Positions 1-12,355 of a DNA stretch of 40,000 bases are shown here, in pieces. The translations under genes were made by a program, and so were the position numbers. The notes below the pieces were generated by a model. It made no database searches. It saw only the letters and a list, made by a program, of their open reading frames with translations, and had not been told where the DNA came from. Position 1 is the stretch's first letter; every line of letters begins with the position of its first letter. The DNA is from an uncultured phage cr130_1: sequence record NC_055901.1; one strand, written 5' to 3'.

Positions 1-2217
1 ACCACGATATGCAGATATCTCTGCTACAGTAATCTTAGTTTGATTATCTTGATCTATCTTATATCTATCAAGATCCATCTGTGCTTCCTGTAACATAAGT
101 TCTTGCTGTTTAGCTTCATTCTGCATTTGCTGAAGTTGCTGTTGTGCAGCCTGTTCCTATTCTTGTTGTTGCTGCTGAAGTTCTTCCTGTCTCTTCTGCA
201 TAGCTGCAAGCTTCTGTTTAATTATATTGAAGTTATCATTTGTAAGTATTTCTGCAGCTTCCAAAAGACTTGCACCATTCTGCATAGCAGGTTGTATAAG
301 CTGTTGTAATTTCTGTATATTCTCAAGATCTTTAGAAGTATCACTAACAAACACGTCCATATCTTCATAATAGAACTTATCAGATATATCCAAGAAAGCT
401 CTTTCGCCATTATCAAATACATATGATAACTTTTTCTTATTTGACTGCTACCAAGCACCTTTTGCAGTATTTAACAACATATTAAGTACATGTCTCTTAC
501 ACTGAGCATGTGCCCAGAATAAAGGTTCAGTTATGTGTGAAGATTGTACTACAGAACGTTCAACATTTCCTACTAACTCTGAAGAACTAATAGCTCCTTG
601 ACGTTGTTCGGTAATACCAGATATAGTTCCTGCAAGCTGTTCTATCTTATCCATTAACTGAATATATTCAGCTATAACATTTGACATTGTTAAGTCTAAT
701 GCCGTTATTTGATTAAACTATGCTGGCTTACCACCCTCTCTACCTGGAACATTCCAAGATTCGTCATAAGGGTTTATAAAGTTAACACCTACACTTGATA
801 AATAATGCATCCATCGTTCCGGTGTAATATTCATAGCTTTTGGTATCTAAGTTATATCCATATTTATAACCTTGCCTTTATCTCTAGCTATTGCCAATTC
901 AAGTCTATACCACAATACAATATACATATATTGTAAAGGTTTTAATATACTTACAAGCGATCTAGGTTTACTGTTTGTGTTACTATAAACACAACCGCAA
1001 TAAGGAAGTTTTTGACTATTTGGATTATCTAAACTTACATGCTGATATTCTAATGGCTGTATACCAAAATACAAATCACTGCCAGCTCTATAACCTTCCC
1101 ATACTTCAATTACCCAATCAGGTTCTATAGATATTTCGTTACCTATCTTTTTGTATGTCTCATCAACGATTTCTGTTTGCATTGTGCCCGTTTCATCAGC
1201 CACTGTAACATAATAAATCTTTTTAAAGGATTTCCAACAACAGTGCCATACATTGATACAATATCTACTTTTTTGATCAAAAGCAGGATTGTCATATATA
1301 TGCATAGAAATACTACTTCCAAAATTATCAACAATGTCTTTTTCTCCGGCATCGTTTGTAGGCTTACCAGTAAGCATTTCATTAAGCTTATTGAGGTCTT
1401 TTTCACTAAGCTTATCATAGTATCTATCATATACTTCTGCAACAGGTAATCTCATCTTACGACAACACCAAGATCCATCTTCAATGAATTCTAGATCTGG
1501 ACTTTTATCATAAGAAAAGAATAATGGATTTACTCTCTCCATATAAGGATCGCCATTTTGTACACCAACATAATATATTTCATTTCCAGATATTAGAGCG
1601 TCTTTCCAACCTTTTATAAACTCGTTATCTATACCAAGTTTTTCTCTTAAATACTGTAATGTATGATATGCTGTATTTTCAACAACATCTTTATACTAGG
1701 AATCCATATATTTAGCAATCTGTTCCGGTGGCATTATTTCTCCACTTTGTAACTATTGCTAAAACTGTTGCTGTTCTTCTGGACCAAGTTTTGACATTAT
1801 TGCAGACATCATATATTGCTACAATAATTCTTTTTCTTTATCCATAAGATCTGAGGCAGCTTCTTGTGACGTTCTAACTACTCTAAAGTTCATAGGACGT
1901 TTTGTTTCCTCTCCTATCAACAAATCTATCTTAGGACGAATTATATTAAAGTCCTACGGTGTAGCAGGGAAGCCGTCGTCAACTTTAAACGGGTTTGTAA
2001 TACGTTTAAAATCCTTTTCGTCAAATATACTATTATAGAGATTATAATAGGTCTAAATTTCACCATTTGGTGTTTTATACATTCCACTAGAGACTATATT
2101 TCCTTCCCCTATTATATAGTCAACACAACCATGCTGCCACGCTTCATTTTTCTTTGATAAAGGAAGCTTCTGTTGTGGGAATGTGGCATTATATAAATTA
2201 TCTTCTACTCTTACCAT
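1..2217 (-). CDS. Portal protein (partial, C-terminus runs off the window); reads through several in-frame TAG codons
   Basis: ORFs 157-393, 448-687 and 847-1542 are in one frame, separated only by TAG (CTA on +); start CAT at 2215-2217 overlaps the TerL stop; portal-like sequence (ITPEQWMHYLSSVGVNFINPYDESWNVPG...) next to TerL; Gln-rich C-terminus. Confidence 0.75.
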
Positions 2218-2219
2218 TA

Positions 2220-4277
2220 TTAAAAACTAAATAGAGGTATATCATCTTGCACACTATCGTTTTTGAACCATTGTTGTCCAAACAAAGGCATGTCAAAGAG
2301 TTCAACCTATTTATTCTATTCTTGTGATTTACTAACCTTTACTTGATATAACTCTTCTCTGTATATCATAACCATACACAAAGCTATTACTCTATCGACG
2401 TTTTTAACACCGTCATTTTCTATAAGTTCTTCAATTAAAGGTTCACTATATATTCTCTCTACGTTAGGATGTCCTGGTTCATACTCTTCAAGTAACCACT
2501 CTAATATTAAACCTTCTCCATAAGCTCTAATAGCTTTTGTCATATGGCATCCTTTACGTCTTTGTACTTTACTATCCTTAAAGACTTCTGATATAATCTT
2601 ATCAGGCTAATCTGCAAGTAAGTAATCACAGTGTTTGTTTGTAAAGTAAGGATATATACCCTTACGCTCATTCTCAAATAACAATCTAGCATTATAAAAC
2701 ACTAGAAGTTTTCTTACATTTTCATAATATTCCTCTGCTGTATCAGGTCTTCCTGAATATTCAGCTACTATAACATCTGTCCAAGCTTCTCCTGCTTTTA
2801 CACGTTTGAATATAAATACCGATCCTAATGAATTCGTAAACGAATCGTCGTGGTCATAAGGGTCACATCCTCCGATATATAATCCAAACGGTGGATCTTT
2901 TATTGGGTATTCCCATATAACTATAGATCCGTGCGGTTTATCACCTTTCTTTAATGGATATTCTGTAATGTCTCCTGTCTTCTTTTCAGTTGCAGTTATC
3001 TATCCATTACCATCCCAATTGAGATCTACTATATGTTTCATATTACGTAGTTTAGTATTAGTACGTAATCTAGTTAATTGGTCTAATAATAGTTTTCTCG
3101 GGAATATATTTTTACCAAGTTCGAGTACAGCTTCTCTTGGTTTAATTGGCCTTTCGGATATGAATCTATCTATAGACTATTGCGATGCTCCTCCGTCTTT
3201 TATCTTATTACGTTGTTCAATTAGATTTTCAACAGCTTTTTCTTTTAAGCTGTTACCATCCTGATCCATATAGATATAATTACCATTTTCATCGAACGAC
3301 TCAAGGTTACTCCACGATGGAACAAAAAATCCGCATTTAGTCTATTCAGCATTATCGTCCCATATATTTGGAACCGCTAATACATTATATGCTTCTGGTT
3401 TATAAAACAATTCTTTCAAACCGGTGAATGATGATCCTTCAGTACCACCAGTACCAAAAGCTATCATAAGTCCAAATGCTACTCCATCGTCAGTTTCAAC
3501 AGAAGGTTGCTCTATTCGCCAAGCATCTAATAACCCTGGAAATTTACCTCCTTCTTCCCATAATACAAGTTTACCACGAGTACCACGAATACGTTCAGGA
3601 TCGTTCTTAAGCGTTATGCCTGTTATAGATGACATATAACCCTATTCAGTTTGTTTACCAAATTCGTCAGTTATTTTATAACCAGCAACTCTTTCCATAC
3701 GTGTAGATACAAGACGCTGTTTTGCCCATGCGGTATATTTGTCTATAAAATCCATTATCTACCAAGCCTTTGTTAAAAGACCATCGCCAATAAGAAATTT
3801 TTGTTCAGAAGCTACCGCAAAATTTTTAGATCCTGGAATTAATTCATAATTACGTACAAGCATCGAAGCCCCTTTAAATGAGTATCCGCGTTGTCTACTC
3901 TTCAACACCGCCATGTGTTTTCCATTATCTTCGGCTTGTTCTATTGCGTTATAATAATAATAATCATAATCCCAAAATCTAGGAAAATCTAATACACGCT
4001 CTCTTTTAGTACGTATATTACCATATCTATCTGTATATGAAACTTCTTTTAGTTTCATAATAGGACTATAGTTTAAATAAAAATAATGGTATCCTGTAAT
4101 ACTATCACCATCTGGTGCAGTATAACCATTTAAACATCTTTCTGTCTCTTGATCCCAATAACTATTATAATCAGTAGTTCCTCTTGGTGCTAATGTATAA
4201 CATTTATGTTTCTTAAAAAATTCAGCGGCAGGACTAAACTTGATTGTATTTTTGATACGTTTATTGAAATCTATCAT
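2220..4277 (-). CDS. terL: Terminase large subunit, TAG-recoded, 686 codons
   Basis: Walker A-like VLKSRQRGYSFKGAS, Walker B-like GKLVLWEEGGKFPG; ORFs 3759-4277, 3342-3635 and 2316-2543 share one frame and are separated by TAG; terminal TAA at 2220-2222. Confidence 0.85.
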
Positions 4278-4279
4278 AA

Positions 4280-4798
4280 TTATCTTGGATTTTCGTAAAG
4301 ACCAATTACACCTCCGCCTTTAACTCTGCCAGTTTCAGCTTGCTCAGCCTTTGCTTGTTTCATAGCAAGATCTAATGATTTTATAATACCACTAACATCT
4401 TTAAGTAATTTAGATACTTTGGTAGCACTATCTATATCTAAATCAGATCCGCTGTAATTATTCATAACATCCATTATCGCCTCAGCCGCGTGTTTAGAAC
4501 AAGTTAACAATCTAGTCATAGGTGTTTCCTAAAACTCATTAAATCTTTTAGCTAGTTCTTGTACATCTGTGTCTGGTACATAATGTTCATCATTAAAAAC
4601 ATCCTTAGCTACTCTCCATGTACGTTCCTTTTCAGGGTAAGCTTCATAAGGCGTATTCCATTTATATCTCCATATTATAAACTCTATTTTCTTTATAGCG
4701 GCTTGTTTATCCTTAGATTTATTGTAGAAATCCTTAAATGGTGGTATAGCTAAATCTTCTGTTTTTAATTGTATTTTACTACCCTGTATATCAAACAT
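4280..4798 (-). CDS. Small protein upstream of TerL (possible small terminase subunit), one in-frame TAG at 4529
   Basis: ORFs 4280-4519 and 4529-4798 are in the same frame; position directly before TerL. Confidence 0.5.
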
Positions 4799-5631
4799 TA
4801 TATTATACTGTTAAAACATTTTATAATATATTCCATTATCTCTTTTCTTTCCTCTTCAAATCCATCCTCTTTTTTAGGAGTGTTCATAGAAAGTACTTTA
4901 AGTAAAAACTATCCAAAATCATACATCTCTTGATGTCCTACTTGTATAAAGAACAAGTGTGTATCTTTTGCACATAAGAGATTATATAGATATTTTTTAT
5001 ATTCACTACTAGAATGTATTAAACTATTTGGGTTCTGTACATAATTATATCCAGCGTAATTTAATATATTTCTATTCTTAGCATAGTATAATAATTTAAC
5101 AAACGTAGAGCTATCTTCTATAAATCTGCGCTTACAATATTCAACATTATCAAATAATGACCTTTTGATTAATTGTACATTTAAAAAGTGTATTGTACCT
5201 GAGTCATCTTTTACATAATTATTTCCGTATACTTTACGTGCAGTAGGTTTTTTAGTTTTCTTATGTTTACCTTCTATTACAATATATCCAGAAGATACTA
5301 TGTCAAATTTGCCATCATCTGTTCCATTGGCCATTGTCTGCAGATACTCTTTATTATAATAGTCATCTGAATCAAGAAACGCAATGTAATCTCCAGTAGC
5401 ATGCTTAATACCAGTATTTCTAGCACATCCTGCGCCAAGATTTACATCATGTTTAATGTATACTATTCTGTTATCTTTATATTTCTTTATTATTTTTTCT
5501 GTATCATCTGTCGAACAATCGTTTACGACAATAAGTTCTACATCTTTATATGTCTAATTTAACACAGAGCGAATTGCTCTACGTATTGTGTTTTGCGCAT
5601 TATACGCGCTCATTATTACTGATATTTTCAT
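4798..5631 (-). CDS. Family 2 (GT-A fold) glycosyltransferase, TAG-recoded, 278 codons
   Basis: [46 protein letters not shown]...GAGCARNTGIKHATGDYIAFLDSDDYY; TAG at 5554-5556 and 4909-4911; TAA at 4798-4800. Confidence 0.9.
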
Positions 5632-5648
5632 CTTATGTGTATATTATA

Positions 5649-6671
5649 TTATCCTATCTAAATTAAATAATCTAAATGTTCTCTTCTTTCAGCTGAATCA
5701 AATATATATGCACTAACATAATTTATTGAGTTCTTTGTAGATTCCTATTTATCTCCAAAGTATTCGCCAAATCCTGTAACAGAACCATCTGATCTGTTAA
5801 ATTTTATATAAGCATGTCGCAGTGTTTTCAACTATGCTTTATTCGCCTAAATTGCGTCTTTGCACATTGAAACAGCTATATATGCAGTAACTTGTTCATC
5901 ACAATTTATTGTATATGTGAAGTGCTGATTAAACTACTAATTTATATCTTGAAGTTCACAAATATCTGCCTACGCGCTTGCTACACTAGACTATACTGTG
6001 GCGATAGTTTTTTTGATAGTATTTATATCATCCTGTGCTGTAGAAACGTCTATATATAAAGCATTTATACTATTATTAATAGTAGATACTTCGGTATTTA
6101 TACTTATTATTTTAGCATCAAGTTCTGTATCTTTTGTTTTTAGTTTAGTTATATCACCTCGTGCAGTAATTAATTCACTATTGATCTAATGCATGTACTA
6201 CAAGTTTGACTGTGTGACATCATATGCATCATTTGCTTTATTCGCAGCAGCACCTACATCAGTTCTAAGTGTACGAATACTTGCATCGTTAAGATATGTA
6301 TTAACTGCAACTTCAGATATTCTTGTATATAGATCCGGTATTTTAGTATTTATTGTATTAATCTACGTATTTATATTATCCAAGTTAGATTTTACATCAT
6401 TTATACTATCTGATAAAGTGTTTGTTATATTGCTTACATTATTTACATTATCAATAACTACTTGTAACTCTTTGTGGGACACATAATTAGACACATCAGA
6501 TGGTTTTATATCTTTACAAAGCTGTATTATACTATTCGCATCTAATATGTCACCTTCACGAAACATTGTTTCTTTAGTGTCATTAGGATTATTAAATATA
6601 CAAATATTTGGAACTTTTGGATAATCTATATGATCTATCAGCCTTGTGCCGATAAGTCTACTTTTCTTCAT
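5649..6671 (-). CDS. Coiled-coil, fibre/appendage-like structural protein with many in-frame TAGs
   Basis: Starts MKKSRLIGTRLIDHIDYPKVPNICIFNN; continues through several TAG codons as heptad-like NNVSNITNTLSDSINDVKSNLDNINT*INTINTKIPDL...; TAA at 5649. Confidence 0.55.
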
Positions 6672-7096
6672 CAGTTAAACTGTATATTTTTACTTATAAG
6701 ATCTGCAAGCCAACGTCTGAACTATATGCCTTCATATCCATCTACATCATTGGCAACAGCTAATGAATATTTTATACATTCAACTTCACTATGAAGTATG
6801 TCTGGATAAAAATCAGCATAAGCAATATTTGCAGTATACGTAACGTCATATATATTAGAATTATTTCCAATATGTATATTATTATCATTTAAATACTGCT
6901 ATATAAACTCTGTTGTAAATTTATGGTCAGAACTGTTATTATTTACCATATGCGACAAAGTAAAACTTAAAGATTTTTCATCAAAATGTTTACTATGTTG
7001 ATCTATATAAGTTTTTAATTCACTACTATGAGCATCATGTTGCTCCGATTTGTTATCACTATGGCGTATTGTTATCATCTTCATGACGCTAAGCAT
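6671..7096 (-). CDS. Hypothetical structural/appendage protein, TAG-recoded
   Basis: ORF 6899-7096 extended through TAG to TGA at 6671-6673, which overlaps the next start codon. Confidence 0.5.
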
Positions 7097-7560
7097 TTAA
7101 AAAATTTATTAAACGTTTCTTTCATTTCGTCTATCGATTTCTCAATATTTGTAAATCTTACATCTACTTCTTGCTTCTCTTTAAAAGCCGGATTTAATTC
7201 AGAAAGTAACTTGTTGGATTTCTCAAGTATCTACTTCTATTCATCTATAGAATTTATAATAGATTCTGCCGAATTCTTCATAGCTTCTATTTCTATAATT
7301 AAACCTTCTTTATCTGTAGATAATACAATACTACCTGCATAAGTAATTGACAATCCTTCAGGTATAGTATATGTCGCGGATTTACCACAGTTATCAATAG
7401 TAATATCTATAACCATCTAAGTGTTTATAGGATTAGTTGGTTTAGACATTACATCCATTCTTGGAAAACCCATTGACAATACTTTACCCTAAGAGACCGT
7501 CAATTCTTGTTTGTCCAATATATATACTGGATAATTTTGTTTTATATCTTTAAATAACAT
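7081..7560 (-). CDS. Hypothetical baseplate/fibre-associated protein, TAG-recoded
   Basis: Open frame MLFKDIKQNYPVYILDKQELTVS*GKVLSMGFPRMDVMSKPTNPINT*MVIDITIDNCGKSATYTIPEG... interrupted only by TAG. Confidence 0.5.
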
Positions 7561-7687
7561 ACAATATGGACTAGGACAGGATTTCTATCCTAGTACTTTT
7601 GTTAAATAAATATTAATTTTTATAAAAAGTAGTAACTAGATTAGGTAATGAACCTACTAAGCTCACTTTGAGATCTAGTTTAATGAA

Positions 7688-8779
7688 TTAATTAACGTAG
7701 CTATTATTTAATTTAGCTAAGTTAAATTTAACAAATCTGTTTTTATTTTTAATAGAATTTATTAGTTTAATAAAAAGATGTTTACAATCCCCGTTTACAA
7801 GCCAACCATAATAAGACAATATAGATCGTATAAATTTAACATTTGTTATATGACCTTTATTATATTTATTTATCAATTTATTTAGTTTTATTTTTATGGA
7901 TTTTTTTACTCTTGTATTATTATAATAATACACGTATCCTATAAAACTTAACGGTTGCGTTTTAATATTTGCTATGTGATAATTTGATTTTACGTTTAAA
8001 GATAAAACGTGTTTTAAATATAATTTAGAGCATATCAAAACCTTGTGCAAAAATTTTTTGTTACTACTAAATATAACGATATCATCGGCGTACCTGACAA
8101 CTTGCTTACAACGTAATTCTTCTTTTAACCATCTGTCAAAACTATCTAAATATAAATTACACTCATATCCACTTAAATAATTACCTAATGGTAATCCACA
8201 AGTTTCTTTTATATATTTATATTCTCCTTTGTATTTATACGAATCTATTATTTCATATAATATATCTAGAAGCTTCTTATCTTTTATCTTTCTACTCAAT
8301 ATATTTTTTAAAATTCTGTGAGATATATTGTAATAAAATTTAGATATATCAAATTGAAGATAATAGATGTTTTTATACTTTTTATTGTATATTCTTATTA
8401 TTTTTTCAACATGATTTTTACAAGCGTGAACACCCCTGCCTTCTATATTGGCGTATGTAAAATTAACGAGTTGTTTTATCCATATAGGTTTCATAATATT
8501 CATTATTGCGCAATGCGCAATTCTATCTGGATAATATGGAAGTTTCGATAATATTCTCTTTTTAGGTTCATATATTACGTCCGTTTTGTATTTAGATGTT
8601 TTATATTTTCCATTTTTAAAACTTTCTAATATTAAATTATTTTCAACACTTTTATTTAAATCATGTTTGTTAATATAATATTTAGTTCTGGCGCTTTTGT
8701 TTTTCCTACTGTTTTTATCGCCCAATTCTATATTTTCTTTTGTAGCTATTTTTTCTAATAGATATCCTTTTCTTTTCAC
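7688..8779 (-). CDS. DGR-type reverse transcriptase, 363 aa
   Basis: RT motifs: YLQFDISKFYYNI, GLPLGNYLSGYECNLYLDSFD, QVVRYADDIVIFSSNK, LSFIGY; adjacent TR/VR pair. Confidence 0.95.
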   Translation of the reverse strand: MKRKGYLLEKIATKENIELGDKNSRKNKSARTKYYINKHDLNKSVENNLILESFKNGKYKTSKYKTDVIYEPKKRILSKLPYYPDRIAHCAIMNIMKPIWIKQLVNFTYANIEGRGVHACKNHVEKIIRIYNKKYKNIYYLQFDISKFYYNISHRILKNILSRKIKDKKLLDILYEIIDSYKYKGEYKYIKETCGLPLGNYLSGYECNLYLDSFDRWLKEELRCKQVVRYADDIVIFSSNKKFLHKVLICSKLYLKHVLSLNVKSNYHIANIKTQPLSFIGYVYYYNNTRVKKSIKIKLNKLINKYNKGHITNVKFIRSILSYYGWLVNGDCKHLFIKLINSIKNKNRFVKFNLAKLNNSYVN

Positions 8780-8914
8780 AGATAAATATTCTTTATTTTA
8801 TACTTTCCAATCCTTATAATAAAGGCGTACTAGCATTTTTATTAGACATTTTTAATTTGTTTTGTCAAGAGACAAGGTTAAATATCGCATTTATTAAAAT
8901 TTTATTTGATAAGA

Positions 8915-9022
8915 ATATTCAGTAAAACTGATGTTGGAACTTGCATTACTAACACCATTGTTGCAATTAAGATAGACTAGACTACAATTCGAACTATTCG
9001 TAGTATTGCTACTAACAAAATT
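8915..9022 (-). repeat. DGR template repeat (TR)
   Basis: Aligns to 9124-9231 at a constant offset of 209. In the 98-nt core (8923-9020) there are 27 mismatches, 26 at template A (T on +). Read in the VR frame it is rich in AAT/AAC codons: FVSSNTTNSSNCSLVYLNCNNGVSNASSNISFT. Confidence 0.95.
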
Positions 9023-9108
9023 AAATATACAGAAGTATTTATGTTCTGTATACGGCTAAATGTAACCGCTTAGTTTTGTGATGATATTTAACCTATTTAT
9101 TTATTTTT

Positions 9109-11178
9109 TTAATCTATTATATGACATTTAGCAAAACCGGCGAAGGAACCGGCATCACCAACACCAAAGCTGCAAAAAAGACAGACCAGACCACAAAGCG
9201 AACCATGCGCAGCATCGCCACCAACAAAAGTTGAATGTATAGATGTGTCTATATTATCATATCTGTAAGAATTCATATAATTGGAATTATTTGTAACTTG
9301 GTTAGTTATTAAATCTGCATTGCTACCTATTGTTATTTCTTTTGCCCAACCAGATAAATTAGGATTTACTTCTATAATATGTTCTTTATTACTAATATCA
9401 TTACTAAATTTAGTAACATCGTCAGTATAATAAAATTTTCTTTTATTAGATACAGAATCAAATTGTGATAAGAAGTTCTCAATATTTAACCAAACATCAC
9501 CATACCAAAATACATTAAATCCTCTATAACAAGGTACATCAAGTTGTTTTTGTGTAAATGTATATGTAAATAATGGAGAATTTATAATAGTAATCTTTAT
9601 ATTACAACTTTCTTGTACTAATCCAAATGCAATATATCTAGAATTATAATTTGTGCCCCAATCAATATCGTATTCTCCATCTGTTGTAACAGTTAAATTA
9701 CCTTTTTGTCTTTTAAATATAATAGTCTGACCTCCAGTAAGACCTTCTATCTTATATTTATGTGTACCACCAACATTAATAGCATCGGTGTATAACATAT
9801 AATCACTAAACATCTTAGGGACTGCCACAACATTTAATATTTTATTATTAGTATCGATAGTAGCCGTGACTCTACGTATATTCCAATTCTTCCAAGTAGT
9901 GTTATCTAATGTTTTTACAGTAAAAGAGTGTGATGGGTTTGTTATAATACTGGTATTATTGCCAACACTTAAAGTATAGTCTATGGGAACATTTGGTGTA
10001 GTTTTATTATATACATTCCAGTTGTTTATAGTAATTAAACCAGAACCTAAACCGCCCTAATGATAACCTTCATTAGTTAAATTACTATTAAAAGCCTTCT
10101 TTATATCAAAATTAGCATATTCTATAAAGTAACACCATACTATAGCATTCCATATTTGATAGTATAACACCTGACTACCTTTTATCTTTTGGGTATAATT
10201 TCTCATATTAATAAGCGATATACTTGAAGCAGCCTTACCTAACATGGTTCTAAAGTTATTTTCGCCAATATATTGATCACAAGATGAATCATTCGTACCA
10301 CCTCTAAGATTAGGTTGATAATTGACAACACTGACTGCTGTATTAGCAGATAATGTATTTAACCAACCCCATTTATCATCATTCATAACCGTTCTTAATA
10401 AAGGACATCTGCTTATACCGATAAGATGTGCTTTAACTTCTCTAGCGTGATATACACACTTCTTTTCGGAAATCCACACTTCGTTATCTGCACCACCATT
10501 ATCTACAGACCATATATAGAACTTAGGAGTATATACACTTATCTCTCCATCATAACCATTAATAGAACAACCAAATTCAAGTGTTTGTATTATAGTTTCT
10601 CCAGTTATTTCCTTTTCAGTAGTAATATAAGCTTTTTTATTAACAACATCCACCTTATTAACTCTACCTATCACGTCATTGTTTATCTTAATATAAGCAT
10701 ACAGATATTTGTATGTAGTTACCATATATGCTGCTTCACTGTTATTAATTATGGTAGTGTCGGTAAACTATATAGTATAATTATATATAGAACTTGGGCT
10801 ATAATCAGTTGGTGCTGCATTCTTTTCGACGTCTGTAGTAGGCTATAAATAAATACGCTCATTTGTAATTATATATCCTTCTGTGTCTTTTCTGAATCTA
10901 CTGTCATTAGGATCACACCAATATTTAATATCGGCACCTTGATGTATACATGTAGCAAACTTAGATTGTATAGGTAATGTTTTATGTAATTCAAGATTAC
11001 CTATTCTTTCACAAGCTGTAGTAGCTTGATTACTTGGAACTGTATGGTCCCATCTAATACCATAGGCATATTTATTAATGTTTGATAAATCACTCCATAG
11101 AACCATACCTTTATTGTCTTCTATTTCGGTTACATTGCCTTCAGGTATTGTTATAGCTGTAACTTTACTAAAATCCAT
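9109..11178 (-). CDS. DGR target: phage fibre/tip protein with C-terminal variable (C-type-lectin-like) domain, TAG-recoded (in-frame TAG at 10843, 10768, 10057), 690 codons
   Basis: ORFs 10843-11178, 10057-10725 and 9109-9828 share one frame; N-terminus MDFSKVTAITIPEGNVTEIEDNKGMVLW; QIWNAIVWCYFIEYANFDIKKAF...GYH*GGLGSG region; VR at C-terminus. Confidence 0.9.
9124..9231 (-). repeat. DGR variable repeat (VR) at the 3' end of the target gene
   Basis: Adenine-specific divergence from TR; encodes FVGGDAAHGSLCGLVCLFCSFGVGDAGSFAGFAKCHIID at the extreme C-terminus. Confidence 0.95.
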
Positions 11179-11182
11179 ATTA

Positions 11183-11743
11183 TTAATTATTAGTTGTACT
11201 TACTACTCTTATTGATTTTGTTACTTTAGAACCGTCTTCTAGAGTGAATATGAATGATTCTTCAAGACCAATTTCAGTAAGTTTGACATAACCGCTTAAA
11301 TCAGGGGCTGTATTAAACTCACCAACTTTCTCAAACTTATATGCACCGTCTGTATCCTAAATTTTAACCCATTCTGTATACTTGTTTTTCGTATCAGTAG
11401 ATGATACGTCTTTAATACAATATATCTTACCTGATTGTGCATCATCTATATTTGGTAATGTGTTAACAACTTCAAACAAACCGGTAAACTTCGAATTAAG
11501 CATAGCAATATTTCCTGAATTCTATTCTACCTTCTTATTTAATGTGTCTAGTGATGTCTTAATTTCGCTAATATCTCCTGCGCCAGCATTACTAGTGAGC
11601 TTAATTATGTCTTTAGCTAGAAGTATATCAGACTAGCCAAAGTTAATATCATTTTTATCTATAGGTGTTGCAATATTAAGATTAGTCATTTGATGTAACT
11701 CATCTGAATAATATTTAGCACCTGTTATATTCTTTCTTAACAT
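11183..11743 (-). CDS. Hypothetical structural protein (fibre-associated), TAG-recoded
   Basis: MLRKNITGAKYYSDELHQMTNLNIATPIDKNDINFG*SDILLAKDII... open apart from TAG; TAA at 11183-11185. Confidence 0.6.
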
Positions 11744-11824
11744 GTTATTTTAATTTAATTTTATAAATATATACGTATATAAATGAATAAAGGGTATCCT
11801 ATTGCGTAGGATACCCTTCCTCGG

Positions 11825-12355
11825 TTATTCAACCGGTGTTTGTTCAGTAGACTCTGAAGTCGTGTTTTCAACTTCAGTCTCTGTATAATTTAACTCTTGA
11901 TCATTAAGGTTGGTTTTTTTATCTGAAGAACCATAACCACCTGTACCCCTTTCAGTATCAGATAATTTGCTTGATTCAACAAGGTTAATCGTCGGATATG
12001 GCATTATTATAAGTTGTGCAATTTTTGCACCTACTTGATATACAGCTGGAACACTATCGCCTGTCGTATTCTTAAATTTTAATAAAATCTCACCTCTATA
12101 ATTTGAATCTATTACAGCAACGCAATTAGTAAGTACTAAGGATTTCTTTGCAATACTAGATCTTGGGAATATCAGTCCAACGTAACCTTTAGGGATTTCA
12201 ATAGACAAATCTGTATGATATACTAATACAAATTGTCCGCATTCATTAACCTCACTATGAATATCGGTTGCAGTTAAATCTAATCCAGCATCGCCATCGT
12301 ATGCGTAAGTTGGCGTAACTGCCTTATCTGATAATTTCTTAAATTTTACTTCCAT
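11825..12355 (-). CDS. dut: dUTP diphosphatase
   Basis: DGDAGLDL, PRSSIAKK, GVAVIDSNYRGE-like (NCVAVIDSNYRGEI), GAKIAQLII, ERGTGGYGSS motifs. Confidence 0.96.
   Translation of the reverse strand: MEVKFKKLSDKAVTPTYAYDGDAGLDLTATDIHSEVNECGQFVLVYHTDLSIEIPKGYVGLIFPRSSIAKKSLVLTNCVAVIDSNYRGEILLKFKNTTGDSVPAVYQVGAKIAQLIIMPYPTINLVESSKLSDTERGTGGYGSSDKKTNLNDQELNYTETEVENTTSESTEQTPVE

Noticed and set aside
222-1449. ORFs 222-458(-), 1143-1442(-) and 1177-1449(+)
   Set aside because: Overlap the portal frame, which is continuous when TAG is read through; low-complexity translations.
2220-4277. TerL, portal and fibre genes as pseudogenes because of many internal stops
   Set aside because: All internal stops checked are TAG, frames are otherwise intact, genes end in TAA/TGA with tight overlaps, and a CUA-anticodon tRNA is present, so recoding explains them.
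8318-8551. Plus-strand ORF inside the reverse transcriptase gene
   Set aside because: Antisense shadow of a conserved RT.
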